Assembly: GCF_964355755.1 (NCBI RefSeq)
Contig: NC_092673.1
Location: 32,733,648 to 32,797,647, forward strand
Reading direction: 5' to 3'
Source: Antedon mediterranea
Lineage: Eukaryota; Animalia; Echinodermata
Length of the DNA: 64,000 nucleotides
Shown: positions 37,641-51,983 of the stretch, one piece after another
Numbering within the stretch: position 1 is the first letter of the stretch
How the letters are laid out: the number at the start of each line of letters is the position of its first letter
Translations under genes and position numbers: made by a program
The notes under the pieces: generated by a model
The model's database searches: none
Told to the model about the DNA's origin: nothing
What the model saw: the letters and a program-made list of their open reading frames with translations, nothing else

Positions 37641-38079
37641 CTCTTCCCTGATTATTGTATATAATTATTTGCTTTTTGTAATTAACTCGCAAATATACTT
37701 TATGAATTCGTATATATACATAAGTTTCCGTAGGAAATGAAATATAATTTGGATGCAAACACTATCGAATTTTATATTTTTGGTTTTTTTTTCCTCTTAT
37801 TTAACGATTATTCATTTAAAATGTTAATTAAACAAAGTAAATATTGTGCCTTTTTAAAATAATTTTTACACATATAGGACTGTATTTTAAATTTTAGAAA
37901 ACTACTAAAACCTATTTCTTTTATTAATTAGGTTTTAATTACAGCAAGTACAATTTAATATTGAAAGCCTATTATAATACATTTTAAGCCTATAATAGTT
38001 TCTTCTTTCCTTACATTCCAATCGTTAAATCAATCAATATTAATAAGCTTGTAGTACGTTTCCATTTGATGCTTAAATG

Positions 38080-38640
38080 CGTTTTAATTTGATCATTATC
38101 ATATCGCAATATCCTTTACATTAAAACAATAACCTATTTTGTAATTTTGGTGTCGTTAAATATATCTAATTCAGAATGAATGTTTTCAATAATATTACTG
38201 TGCAAATTGAAAGTTGTGTAGTTATATTAAGTAATGTTAGCATTATATATTACATTAAAACATCGTCTATAGTAAACCTTTTTCGCATATAAGAAGATAA
38301 ATAATCATTTTGCTGTTACTAGCCTACTACTACTGCTACTGAAATATAAATGTATGTATTATTATCTATAATTGTACTTGGGTCAGTGGCCAAGGCTACA
38401 TGTAATTTTAGAATTAGATTTCCTTTATTAGAAATAGTAACTCAGCTTGAGTTAGAAGGATGTTTTCAAATTTATTGTTTCGCATATAATTGTGTATAAT
38501 CATTTACTCCCATTATTAAATTTCTCGTATATTAGGCCTACCATTATCCATACGTGTATCCACTCGTATATTACTGTTATCCATCATACTCGTACGTTGT
38601 ATCCACTCGCAATTATATCCACTCACATTAATATTGTATC
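38080..38640 (+). repeat. Segment paralogous to ~60325-60800, containing an unexpanded minisatellite seed
   Basis: Shared blocks gttttaatttgatcatt, attactgtgcaaattg, catcgtctatagtaaacctttttcgcatataa, ctcagcttgag, then tactcgtacgttgtatccactcg once. Confidence 0.85.
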
Positions 38641-41600
38641 AATTCGTATATCATAAGTATTAGTTAACTTGCCTTAATTAACAAATAAATGTTCAATATT
38701 TCGTTGTTTTTTCTTACAATTTTCGTAATTAATATTTTTGTAATGGTATAATGGTAGTAATTATATTGTTTTAGGCTAATATAGTTGCATTTCATTATGA
38801 TATTGTATTATTATTGTTAATGTATACCATTATTATATAATAATTATTCTTTTCATTTAATGTGTTAATTTAGTATAATGTAATGTTTACAAGTTTGTAG
38901 TAGCCTAGACCTATACGTTTAATTCTCTGTTTAGAAAAATTAATTTTAATGACTTTGAAAAAAATAGTAACAATATGTTTAACTATTTTTGATAAATGTT
39001 TGCAATTAGTTAAGTTTTGCCAGTTTATTGAAGAATTTATGAACAATAATGATATTATTACATTGTATTACTGTTTACTCGTGAGATTGCTTATAATCGA
39101 ACTTCTCAGTTATTGTTTATTAATTTTTACGTAGCGCCATCAGCGAGAGTTTTTTTTTTAGTATAGTATAGTTATGGCACGCCATATATGCCAAAATGGT
39201 TTTCTTTTTTATTATTCTATTAAGCCTAAATTGCCGTACGTCTAGAACCTAGACTAGAGATCGATGTTTTACTTGTCCTCTGGTGTATCATCACAGCAGC
39301 CAGTAAATTACTATATTCAAATTTGCTTTAATGATAAATGTATAACTAAAATATTGTAGTTTAGGTGATATGTTAATGTTACTGCGTGTACTGCTCATAG
39401 GTTCATATTAGTGATAAGATATTTTAAAGTATATACTCAGATACAATAATCGTATAAACTAAGTAAAATTGTTTAGTGATTTGGTTTGAAAAATAAAGTG
39501 TGTTTTTAGAATTAGAATCACGTTCTGTGTGTGTGTTTTATTGTGTTAGTAGGCCTATGAAGCAGTAAGTACCGTAGTGAGTAGAAAAAAAAAAAAACCA
39601 CGGAGAAAATTAAATGAATAAATTACTATACATTTATATTTAGATTTGTATAAATATAAATTAACAGGTTTAAAGTTTTACGATGTTAACTTATGACGAC
39701 GCAAACAATGCAGACACAATTGACAGATAAACCTATAAAAAGATAAAAACACAATCCAACTTTAAAAATAACAACAAACGAAAACAACAACGTGAGGTGT
39801 CAACTAACATTAAAATAAATGATGGTCGGGATGGTTTTCGCTGTGTTATAAACAAGTCACTGAAACTAAATGTGAACATGACGATAAATAGAACGCTAAA
39901 AAAGAAAATATTGTTGAGGGAAAGGAAGCCTTTTCAAAAGCCTAATAGAAGTGGAAAGGAAGAGGGAAAAAACCCAAACAAAAAATCTCTGCCTATCATT
40001 TTTTAAATTTAGTTATGCTACGCCATGCCTAAAGTAAACCAAACAATTTTCATGAGAGTGTTGGAGAAAGTTATATTATGGATCTCCTGGCCATCATTAT
40101 TAAATAATCATACCGTAGAACGATGGGAAAGGATAGGTTATCAAACATGTTGTGGTATTGGTTGATGTATAGGGCTATGCATAAGTTTAAAGTGTACATT
40201 TTGTGTGAAATTGTATATTGTCTGTATTTTTGGGTTAAAACAGGGTGGCCACCGATGGAATCTAGGCAGCAGCACACATTTATGCCAGACGATGCTAGAC
40301 AAAATTATACCCGACTCACCAAAATCTTGTAATCTTGGTATATGGTTAATAATAACGTTATGCCCTGTGTAATGATCTTCTATATCATTATCAAGTAAAA
40401 CTTTTGTGGGATTTCTTTTAATGATAATATATGTCAATCTGAGTGTAATTGGCACCTACACCTAGGATTTTAAGCAAACACTATCAAAGAAGTTCAACGT
40501 TATCACATAAATCAAATTAAGCAACACACAACAAAGCATTGCCAAAAACGAATTATAGTATCAGTTTGTTGGTCAGGTTCTAATCAGTCAGAAAACATTT
40601 ATCACAGGTTATATCATTTCAGTAACGTTATACACACTTAACATCTTTACAGATTGTTCACTGAATGATTACTCGCCTGTTTGTTGCCCTGTTTCAAATC
40701 AACCTACATCATTACAAAGTATGTAGAAGATGTCAGTACATATCAGTCTTTATAGTTCTAATATCACGCACATTATTGAGATTGCCTTCGTTGTACCTTT
40801 AATCAATACTACTACAGTGCGCTCTTAAGATAAATCACCACGACGAAAAAGATAGGTGAATATTACGTGTCACAGTGTAATTTAGTGTTCAATAACATCA
40901 CCTGATTTTCGTAAGTTTTTTCGACTTTTGTGGTCTTTCTCTATTTCAAGTAATACTCTTTTTTTGGGAGTGAAAATGTGGAGCAGAGTCATATATATAT
41001 ATGGCTCTGATGCGGAGAATGTAGCGCCGTCATTGCCAAAAGAAAGAAACCTAATGCGCACGCATAATCAAATATTTTTCGTCTTAAGACATTGCCAAGA
41101 CGTTTTTATAAATAAGCTTACATTTTTTATTTTTTTAAATATTTAAACTTAAGCAAAAACATAAGCAAATATTGATAAATGCCAACCCAAGTCTACGAAA
41201 CAGTGATTAATAAAAAATAAAAAAATGAAAAAAAAAGATTGGCATCATATACATTTCTAACACAATATTTCTTTTAACACCACCTAGAGCTAAAATCCGC
41301 ATAATTAAGTCCCATAAGCTTTGGGCTTTTATTTAGCTTTCGTATCAGTACGAGTGACTTTCATGTTAAACCGTATTTACATATCCCTATCCGGACGCTT
41401 AAAAATTGTATTGTGTGGTATTAAAAATATAATAAAAAAAGAAAAATAATTTACAGAGGTCAAATGTACTACCTATAGACTGTATTGTCGAATGGAGGGG
41501 TTAATATAGGCAGGAGAAATGCAACCTATGGGAATAAAATCGGATAACAACTGTAAAACTGGTCCAGTAGGCCTACACGTCTGGCTCATGCGCACGTAAA

Positions 41601-44150
41601 GTACCCAGTGAAAGTGGAAGACAGAGGAGTGCCTAACTAATTTAGTGACATCATGTTTAATAGCCCCGTGGGAATTCTAGAGGCAATGTGAAAGATTTCG
41701 TTAATATTATAAATAACTCTTCATACCCAAGTATAGACTTGCCCCAAGTCTGTATTATCTTTTTTTTTTTTTATTTGTTTTTATTTCGACCGCGATTTTT
41801 GTCTGAAAATACAGACTTCTGAAACACGTATAGAAATCGATTTGCAGACCGCAAACATCCGATAAGAATGACGTAGTTTATCATACCGTATTTGGCTATA
41901 TGGGGCGGGCGGTATGTAAATACGGATTTCGAATCAACCAATGATCATTTTGTTTCAAAATTAAAAAGATCGAGTACGTACAGTGCTGAATGTACGATCG
42001 AGACTGTTGAAATATAAAATCGTAATGCCAAGTTGTTTTGTTTATTAATTGTTTAGTCCTTGGCCTAGGCCTCTTTCGTAGGTCCTAAATTCGCACGTAT
42101 GACCTGCCAAATAAAATGCCAATAAAGTAGGCCTACATACCACCACCGGCGGCACACAACAACAGGGCTACACCACCACACAGAACAGGACAGGGTCTGG
42201 GTGGGAATTAAATCAAAATTATCTCCGCGTAATAAATGATCCATTCAATGTTTGATTTGCGGAGAAGCTAGACTATCATATCAAGACGAGTTTTCATGTT
42301 CTTGAGAAAAATCCCATCAAATGTTTACCAGACTACTAGGCATATACATTTCTAGCCTTCAGAAACTTTCATAAATGTACCCACCAAGTACATACCATAG
42401 CGCATGCGCATCATCTTAGTTGTTGAGTCTTTGAAATTCTGAAATATGAATATTAAAACGGTGTACGAGTGAGTAGCCAATCGCATGCAGCTGAAACTAG
42501 TCAACCGGATAATCGTATGCACCAAGGGTTCTTGGTGTCAAACCACGTGACTTGTGCGTGTTTCCCCAGACGGAGTATCCAAAATCAAGTAGTATACGTA
42601 TGAAACGCCATATGTGCCAAAATATTTATCTTTTTACTAATATTAAGACAAAACTCCGTCTGGAACCCAGACTAACCCAAGTACTTTATGTTTCTATTAT
42701 CGTATATTTTAATGATGATATTGCTCCTTGTTATGTTATTCATTTTTATAGTTAAAAACAAAAATGAACCGGCAGTTTGTATACTGTAATCATGAACCAT
42801 GCCTCCATTAAATATCAATACAGTACACTTATTCATTAGTATTCAGTTATTATGCTTCAAGTATTTTGTACAAAGGTTCTTTGTGAAATTTAGTCTTAGC
42901 CCGCTGCTTTTGCGCAGAGACCTAGCTCGGTAATTGTTTATTAAAAACCAAGCCTATAAAATGAATATATATAGGTTAACATGGATGGTTGATTATGGTG
43001 TCGTTGTGTATCATTTTCACACACACGTAACAACATTACATTATTATAATTTAACTTGAAGGTGAGATTTTTTATGTATAGTATTTAGAAATAATGTTTA
43101 GTGAAATTCAGCTTAAAAGTGTTAAATCTTCAAGCTGCTTGAGTTGATTTCTTGTGTAGACCTACGTACGTTGGCCTTTTCTAATCGGTTTATGTTATAT
43201 TTTCTCTTCCTGGTCTACCGAGGATTATCAAACCAAGCTTTTGCTGTGAGTTGAATTGATATTACAGTTTAAAATTGTATTGTCCCGTAAGCAAAATTGA
43301 TATTGTGATAAAATGATATGGCATTTTTAACTGTTTCTTTAACAGTGAACATTGTTGTGTAAATGTACAGTAAGGGTATAATCGACAAACAAAGCTTACG
43401 TTTATTTTCGCTTACTAAACTTCGTTTATATAAAGGTTACAAGAAAAATATCTGGAAATAATAGGCATATCAAGCTGCCAGCCTAATTATAACTCCTAAG
43501 AAAGAAAATAAATGTTTATGTTGATTATTGATTGATTGATTGATTGATAGTTCTTGTCATTTGAAATTGTGTCGTTATGTAGAATGGGCCGGAAGCCACC
43601 CGACGATCTACGCGACCTCAATGGCGGCTTCCGCTTTCCATAGCTCTGTTGAATGACGTGTGTAATTGCTAAATTATATGATGAAGAGATTTTGCAGACA
43701 TTTCCATGGTGCTGTAACATTTATACTAACAATTAAATGTACTGTACTAAAATAAACTGATAAATGAAAAATAACTCTTAGATAAGACACAAACTTATAG
43801 GGCATACATTGTAATCAAATGACAAGACTACTTAGATGTTATATAAAACAAATAAGCCTAATGAATGTTATTGTGTGCAATGGTGCAGAAAACTTCATTT
43901 TTGGTGAAAGACAAAATTATTTGAATATTATTCAACTTTAAGAGCATTGACTCTTGCTGTGCTCTCCACAACGGTACGTTGTGAAAATTTGTGATCATTA
44001 ATTACCTTAAAGTTAATTTTAAAAATTTCAGTCACTTGCAAAATAGAACAAAAAAGAGTGATGAAAATGAGCCCGTTCATGTCTCCTTGTTTACCCGGGT
44101 AAAGAGCAGTTATCACCAAGTTCGACTCAACTTACCCAGGTAAATATTAA

Positions 44151-44685
44151 AGATGTATTGTCCCTTTGACTAATTAAAAAAAAAAAAAAAATAACAGATT
44201 TCGAAAAAAGGTGTGTCATTTTGAAGTATCATAATAGTTATTAACTATCACCAAAAATTTGTCGAAAAAAAAAATAATTTAACTGAAATACAGACGTTTT
44301 TTTGTTAAAAAAATAACATTGACTTCCAGTCAAAGTTTTCGATCAAAACATATCCCATAATGAAACGCGCTTGTTTGGCTACTCTGTATGCATAATCATA
44401 AAACTTCTTCACGATCTGTGTGAAAATACCTTCTCAACCGTGACGAGTTGTAAACAATCCTAATTAGCATATGCATAATGCGTACTCGTGGTTTGAAATC
44501 TTTGTTTACTTTCGCTCATGACGATTTTCCAGACGAAATGTAATCAAACTAATTTACCTGTTAATTACGTAAAGTTGTTGCTTTTGGCATGAATTTTCGA
44601 CTTAAAGTAAATAACTTTAATATTACTTTGATATGGCCAATTTAAATTTAGAATATTTTGACCTTCATTTTTTTGTGTTTCAAGG
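44151..44685 (-). mobile_element. Kolobok-like non-autonomous element, copy 2
   Basis: TTAA|AGATGTATTGTCCC at 44147; body is the reverse complement of ~17010-17495. Confidence 0.65.
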
Positions 44686-44817
44686 CGTAGTATAAAACAA
44701 CGACAAACGCGTTGGTTTGCAAAAAAAATGTACCTATGTTGTGGTAAAAGTAAATTGTACACTACAAAAATGTAATTTTTTTCCAAAACATTTGTTTTAC
44801 AGGTATAAAAAGCTGAT

Positions 44818-45349
44818 ATGGATGATACTGAACTTAAACAAAAGTTTTGGGAATTTAAAAATAATTTCAGTAAACACTATGATGGTCACAAATACCGTTG
44901 GTTAAAATTCTGCCTATTTAGTATAATAGATGTATCTGATCTTACCGATGAACAGTTTACAGCGATCGTATTATTAAACAGACTGGAGGATTTCGGTGAT
45001 ATCACCTTTACCAACATTAGTCTTCTGCTAGAAATAGCAAAACTATCACGTTTAAAGGGGGCAAAAGATCTTGTTATTCAGTATATGAGAGTTAACAAAA
45101 TTCAACAAACTTCAGATAAAGAAAAGTTGTCACCTTTCCGAAAACGACTTTTTAATACCATCCGTCAAGTTGGACAAGACGACATACAGAAGGTTATTGG
45201 GCACTATCAAATGCAAATCAGTTCAACGAATATGTGGGACGTGGTGTTTCGACTGGAACGAGACACAGAATTAGCAGATGAAGAAGATAAAATAAGGACG
45301 TTTGCTGGTCTCCTTAGTACATTTGCAAGGAATATACTACTTGATATTT
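44818..45349 (+). CDS. Exon encoding tandem death-effector-like (death-fold) domains; N-terminus of a predicted DED-linker-VLIG gene
   Basis: Acceptor ttttacag at 44802, ATG 44818, phase-1 donor T|GTATGT at 45349. WLKFCL...AIVLLNRLEDFGDITFTNISLLLEIA...DLVIQY follows the DED helix pattern; the second unit LSPFRKRLF...WDVVFRLER resembles the second DED of caspase-8/cFLIP. Confidence 0.7.
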
Positions 45350-45551
45350 GTATGTTTCGTATTTCAAATATATATATATTTTAAATCCTATAAAAGCCAA
45401 TTCTGTTTTTTAGCTGCTCTTTGTTTAAGTCAGTAAAATAATTCTCATGAACATTGTATTGATTGTTGAAATCGACCTATTCTATAAATTAGGTAAGCAA
45501 TATTTATTTGTCTATTCTTCCTTAATTGTTGTATGCTTTTTGTTGTTGCAG

Positions 45552-45659
45552 GTACTCAGATACCAATACAACTAAAAAGACGACATCCTGACTCTGAAGA
45601 TGAGCCATCTGCACAAGTAGCTTCTTGTGAAAGTCGACATTTGAAAGTTATTGACGATG
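45552..45659 (+). CDS. Internal phase-1 exon of the DED-VLIG gene
   Basis: ttgcag|...G|gtaaac; 108 nt, stop-free: TQIPIQLKRRHPDSEDEPSAQVASCESRHLKVIDD. Confidence 0.65.
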
Positions 45660-46728
45660 GTAAACTGATAATATCAATAGTTCTTGATAGAAAAAAATAA
45701 ATTGAAATTTGGCTTAAAGGAAAACGTTGTAAAAGTGTCAATATGATACTAAGGTCTGTATCACCACCCGAAAGGGGACAAATTGCCATCCAACTTCTCT
45801 AGACCAGAATTTTCCGTAAATTACGAATATGGAAGGTAATCGATCAGGATATGAAGCGTTTTCGATAAATAAGGGGTCAAAGTTCAAAATTTACCAATAT
45901 AAAAACATGCTATATCTCTGGAAATTCTGGACGTTGTGAGATAATTTTGGTGTCAAATGTACTCAACTAAAATTAGCACCCTGGAAATTACTTCCGAAAG
46001 AGAAACTTTTCACAAAATGAGACCAATTGTTTCTATATATAAATTTACGTAAGGCCAAAATACGGTAAATCGCGCGTTACTCGATGGTATATAAAGTTAG
46101 TTAGAATCTCGGTACTGATTTTAACGACCTGATGTAACCCTGTTTACTAATTAAATTGAGTTAGATAATTAGTTATTGACGATTAAAACGAATTTTGGGT
46201 TCAACGATCTGCCCTAAATAGGGGTGTTTTCCGATCGTGGTATACACTGTATTATGGATGTCCTCATGAAAAATACCTGCACACAATAATACGAGGATGC
46301 TTCGCATTTTCCTATCTCCTCCTACGATAATTGTTTTTAATAGCTGAAAACCGGTTGAACAGTTCGTGTACAGTATCATATTGTTGAAGACAGACCGATT
46401 TTCTTTATAAAATACTATTTTGATAGATTTAATATACGTTTATACAAATGTATTGATTTGCGATGAAAGGAACATTCCAATCTCTCAGACTCCCAGTTTG
46501 TAGGTACATTTGTGAGCCCTTGGTTTAAAGAAGTAGGTAAATTTATGGGCCCTTGGAGAATAAAACTTATATATAGTATTGCAATACTTTGACAATATTG
46601 TAAATACTGAACGTAGGCTATTAACCATTTTTGGTCGCCATTTGAATCGAAATTGTCTTACTGTGAATGCGGTTACTGTTAGATATATACACAAAATATA
46701 CAAAGAACATGTATTACTGCGGGTAGAT

Positions 46729-48210
46729 TACTGACAGTTGCTTCTCAACGTTTGTATTAATTAATAATTATAAAAAATATAAATGTCGTAGAGGTGTATC
46801 GTTACATGTACTTTACTATTTCAATCGACTATAACAGGGACAGTTTTAAAAAAGTATTATAAATCGTAAATGTTTTACTGGGTATATTATTTTTAGGCCT
46901 ATAAAACATTTAAAACAATATTTCGTTACTGAGTGGATAAAGAATATATTTAAAAATTGTTCTTCCCATCCTCTTCCTCATCCCTCAACTCTAATGTTAT
47001 ATACAAAACACAAATTGGGTTTGTTTAAATGAGTTCAAATAAAAAAATTAGACTCATTTTTTATACAAAGGCCTAATTCCCAGGGTGCTAATTTTACATA
47101 AATCATTGTGTCTATTTATTCGTTTCTGTAAACGACAATATAGTCCTGTGGTACGTACATTTTTTACGCTGAAATTACACTGTATTCGAGAGAACCATCT
47201 AGTGAGCAAAATTTAAACAAACTTAATTTGTGTTCTGTATGTAACATAAGTTTGAGCGATGGGGAAGAGGTTGGGTGCAAAGAGGAACAAATTTTAGTCG
47301 CGACTCAATATTTCACTATGTCGGTCGGTCTGTCGGTCTGTCGGTCTGTCTGTCGGTCCGGTATCACTATGCGTTTTATCGCTTTCTGACCTTATCTTGA
47401 TATCAGTTTAATCTAGCTAAGTCAATTTTTCACAGTATATTCCTTATGGCCAGAAATCGATGTGGTTATGTTTTCACGGTGCGCAATAAAAAATTACGCG
47501 GTCTACGCACGATTTAACGAAACAACGTTTGTAATCATATCTTCACAACCATGAATCACAATTAAATAAAATTTGGTACTCATAAATGTCAGGGCATATA
47601 TCATCATGGCAATACAATTACGTGCGTAGCGCGCATTCAAAATTTATTTTCGATAAAATAAGAGTACGTTTCAGGCAATTTTAGGCGTTTACAAAATTGC
47701 CATGAGTGCGCAGATTTTTGCGCGCGCACTGCGCGTTAAATGTTGTCTCGCACTCTTTTTGCCCGATTTCTGTTTTCTTGACTTACTTTTCAACTCGAAA
47801 TTACCTTATACGAGCACGTCAAAAGTGACAGGCTACGCACGTGTAAATTAAAAAAATATCAATGTTTTTAAACATTTCAACATTTTTAAACATGTTCAGT
47901 AATTTCGGTCAGTTGGTAGGTTGGTCGGTCGGTCGGTAAACACTAATGAGCGACTGCAGCCATCTATATGGCCTTGTTAAATATAGTCTTTATCCATTTA
48001 GTAACGAAATATTAATTGTTTTCATGTTTTACAAATAATATACCACTAAACACAGTAAAACATTGCGATGTAATACTTTGTTGAAACTGTCACCGTCATA
48101 GTCGATTGAAATAGTACAGTACATGTAACGATACATCACTACGACGTTTATATTTTTTTTTGTAATTACAGTATTAATCAATACAAACGTTGAGAAGCAA
48201 CTGTCAGTAA
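46729..48210. mobile_element. Foldback element with long diverged inverted arms
   Basis: 46729-46955 is the reverse complement of ~47976-48210; the arm continues at 46955-46990 versus 47250-47292, so the right arm is split by the HINE insertion. Confidence 0.75.
47292..47978 (+). mobile_element. Helentron-associated non-autonomous element (HINE/DINE-1-like)
   Basis: 5' ttttAGTCGC, GTCG/GTCT microsatellite, sub-terminal GCGACT, 3' stem-loop gccatctatatggc followed by cttgtt; inserted in a T-run. Confidence 0.75.
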
Positions 48211-48584
48211 TAAAGTTTATTTGTATATGTGTTTATATAATGCAAAACAATTTGTGAAAAACACACCTATTCGCTTTAAACGACAATAAATAATTATCTA
48301 GCTCAAGGGTCTGTACTTTTCCATCTTTCTTGTTCTTAATTTTCGCATACTCTTTAATCTCTTGGAATTGCCACATCAATTATTTAACACTCTTTCTACA
48401 TATTATATACTATATAATGTCCGTTCTTCGTGCTTTTATGTCTCTATCACGTTGGACATTGGATCACATGATCTTTATTTCTTCATTTTCCATTACAACT
48501 TCTAGATGATGTTCGTATCATTTCACATTAACTTCGAAGTTTAACTTCAGTTACCAGACACTGTCGTAACACCTTTTAAACTGA

Positions 48585-51330
48585 GTTACTGCAGTTATGT
48601 GAAATCGGGTCACAAACATGTGGCTACTGAGGAAATTATCATTATGGGTCAAGATTCAAGAAAATTCTCTATCTAATCAATATTAGGTGAATCCCTTAGC
48701 TACACAGATTTAACATAAATACAAACATATAATTATTGTTATTCTTTTACTAAACAGATAACTTAGACCATAGAAGTAAATCAGCTTCTAACGAGGTGAA
48801 TCAAGAGGAACAAAAATCGCCGGTGTTAACAGAAGAAGGTGAGTTGCTGCAGTTATGTGAAATAGGGTCACAAACATGTAGCTACTTAGGAAATTAACAT
48901 TATGAGTCAAGATTCAAGAAAATTCTCTATCTAATCAATATTAGGTGAATCCCTTAGCTACACAGATTTAACATAAATACAAACATAATTATTGTTATTC
49001 TTTTACTAAACAGATAACTTAGACCATAGAAGTAAATCAGCTTCTAACGAGGTGAATCAAGAGGAACAAAAATCGCCGGTGTTAACAGAAGAAGGTGAGT
49101 TGCTGCAGTTATGTGAAATAGGGTCACAAACATGTAGCTACTGAGGAAATTAACATTATGAGTCAAGATTCAAGAAAATTCTCTATCTAATCAATATTAG
49201 GTGAATCCCTTAGCTACACAGATTTAACATAAATACAAACATATAATTATTGTTATTCTTTTACTAAACAGATAACTTAGACCATAGAAGTAAATCAGCT
49301 TCTAACGAGGTGAATCAAGAGGAAAAAAAATCGCCGGTGTTAACAGAAGAAGGTGAGTTGCTGCAGTTATGTGAAATAGGGTCACAAACATGTGGCTACT
49401 GAGAGGAAATTATAATTATGGGTCAAGATTCAAGAAAATTCTCTATCTAATCAATATTAGGTGAATCCCTTAGCTACACAGATTTAACATAAATACAAAC
49501 ATATAATTATTGTTATTCTTTTACTAAACAGATAACTTAGACCATAGAAGTAAATCAGCTTCTAACGAGGTGAATCAAGAGGAAAAAAAATCGCCGGTGT
49601 TAACAGAAGAAGGTGAGTTGCTGCAGTTATGTGAAATAGGGTCACAAACATGTGGCTACTGAGGAAATTATAATTATGGGTCAAGATTCAAGAAAATTCT
49701 CTATCTAATCAATTTTAGGTGAATCCCTTAGCTACACAGATTTAACATAAATACAAAAATATAATTGTTGTTATTCTTTTACTAAACAGATAACTTAGAC
49801 CATAGAAGTAAATCAGCTTCTAACGAGGTGAATCAAGAGGAAACAAAATCGCCGGTGTTAACAGAAGAAGGTGAGTTGCTGCAGTTATGTGAAATAGGGT
49901 CACAAACATGTGGCTACTGAGGAAATTATAATTATGGGTCAAGATTCAAGAAAATTCTCTATCTAATCAATATTAGGTGAATCCCTTAGCTACACAGATT
50001 TAACATAAATACAAACATAATTATTGTTATTCTTTTACTAAACAGATAACTTAGACCAAGGAAGTAAATCAGCTTCTAACGAGGTGAATCAAGAGGAACA
50101 AAAATCGCCGGTGTTAACAGAAGAAGGTGAGTTGCTGCAGTTATGTGAAATAGGGTCACAAACATGTAGCTACTTAGGAAATTAACATTATGAGTCAAGA
50201 TTCAAGAAAATTCTCTATCTAATCAATATTAGGTGAATCCCTTAGCTACACAGATTTAACATAAATACAAACATATAATTATTGTTATTCTTTTACTAAA
50301 CAGATAACTTAGACCATAGAAGTAAATCAGCTTCTAACGAGGTGAATCAAGAGGAAACAAAATCGCCGGTGTTAACAGAAGAAGGTGAGTTGCTGCAGTT
50401 ATGTGAAATAGGGTCACAAACATGTGGCTACTGAGGAAATTATAATTATGGGTCAAGATTCAAGAAAATTCTCTATCTAATCAATATTAGGTGAATCCCT
50501 TAGCTACACAGATTTAACATAAATACAAACATATAATTATTGTTATTCTTTTACTAAACAGATAACTTAGACCAAGGAAGTAAATCAGCTTCTAACGAGG
50601 TGAATCAAGAGGAACAAAAATCGCCGGTGTTAACAGAAGAAGGTGAGTTGCTGCAGTTATGTGAAATAGGGTCACAAACATGTAGCTACTTAGGAAATTA
50701 ACATTATGAGTCAAGATTCAAGAAAATTCTCTATCTAATCAATATTAGGTGAATCCCTTAGCTACACAGATTTAACATAAATACAAACATATAATTATTG
50801 TTATTCTTTTACTAAACAGATAACTTAGACCAAGGAAGTAAATCAGCTTCTAACGAGGTGAATCAAGAGGAACAAAAATCGCCGGTGTTAACAGAAGAAG
50901 GTGAGTTGCTGCAGTTATGTGAAATAGGGTCACAAACATGTAGCTACTTAGGAAATTAACATTATGAGTCAAGATTCAAGAAAATTCTCTATCTAATCAA
51001 TATTAGGTGAATCCTTTAGCGACACAGATTTAACATAAATACAAACATAATTATTGTTATTCTTTTACTAAACAGATAACTTAGACCATAGAAGTAAATC
51101 AGCTTCTAACGAGGTGAATCAAGAGGAACAAAAATTGAAGGTGTTAACAGAAGAAGGTGAGTTGCTGCAGTTATGTTGAATAGGGTCACAAACATGTAGC
51201 TACTGAGGAAATTAACATTATGAGTCAAGATTCAAGAAAATTCTCTATCTAATCAATATTAGGTGAATCCCTTAGCTACACATGTTTAACATAAATACAA
51301 ACATATACTCATTTTATTGTTTTACTAAAC
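48585..51330 (+). repeat. Ten near-identical ~258-bp exon-intron units, each with an 81-nt phase-1 exon
   Basis: Exons start at 48758, 49014, 49272, 49532, 49790, 50046, 50304, 50562, 50820, 51076; aaacag|AT...GAAG|gtgagt; peptide DNLD(H/Q)(R/G)SKSASNEVNQEEQKSPVLTEE. Confidence 0.92.
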
Positions 51331-51862
51331 AAAAAATTTAGACAAAGCAACTAAAAAGCTTCTGATTATATAAACAAAGACGAACACAAACTACTGAGGA
51401 AATTTTCATTATGAGTTAAGATTCTAATAAATTCTCTATCAATATTAAGTTAATCTCTTAGCTATACAAGTTTTACATAATACGAACATATAGTTAGGTT
51501 TTTTTTGTACTAAAACAAAACAACTAAAACAGCTTCTAAGAGTTTTCAACCACATGTAGAGAGAATCAAGAACTTCCCGAACAGGATAACATTTTTATTT
51601 TTTGACTAAACAGACAATTTAGATCAAATGTACAGGTGCAGTTGACAATGTTAACAAAAACCCCTCTTTTTAGAATTACTACTTTCACTGATTATTGAAA
51701 TCGCTGTAGCTCGCAGGCTTGCTTATCCATCCTTAGACATCCAGTACATAAAGATAGATAAAATACACATTAACGATCCTAATATAAATAAATTCTAATT
51801 AAGTGAAAGTATAGCCTATTACTACAGTAGCAAATTATTCTTAATTTAGTCAAATTTCAGTA

Positions 51863-51983
51863 CCCAAGGAATTTAATATATATAATGTTCTTTCAATTTC
51901 ATAGCAAATATATTAGTATATTCAAGATACTAATATATTTGCTATGAAATTGAAAGAACATTATAAATATTAAATTCCTTGGG
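51863..51983. repeat. Near-perfect palindrome: 57-bp arms, 7-nt loop
   Basis: Arms 51863-51919 and 51927-51983 are reverse complements with 1 mismatch. Confidence 0.92.

Noticed and set aside
48585-51330. CRISPR-like regular array
   Set aside because: Whole units are near-identical with no unique spacers, no cas genes, eukaryotic context; explained as exon-intron duplications.
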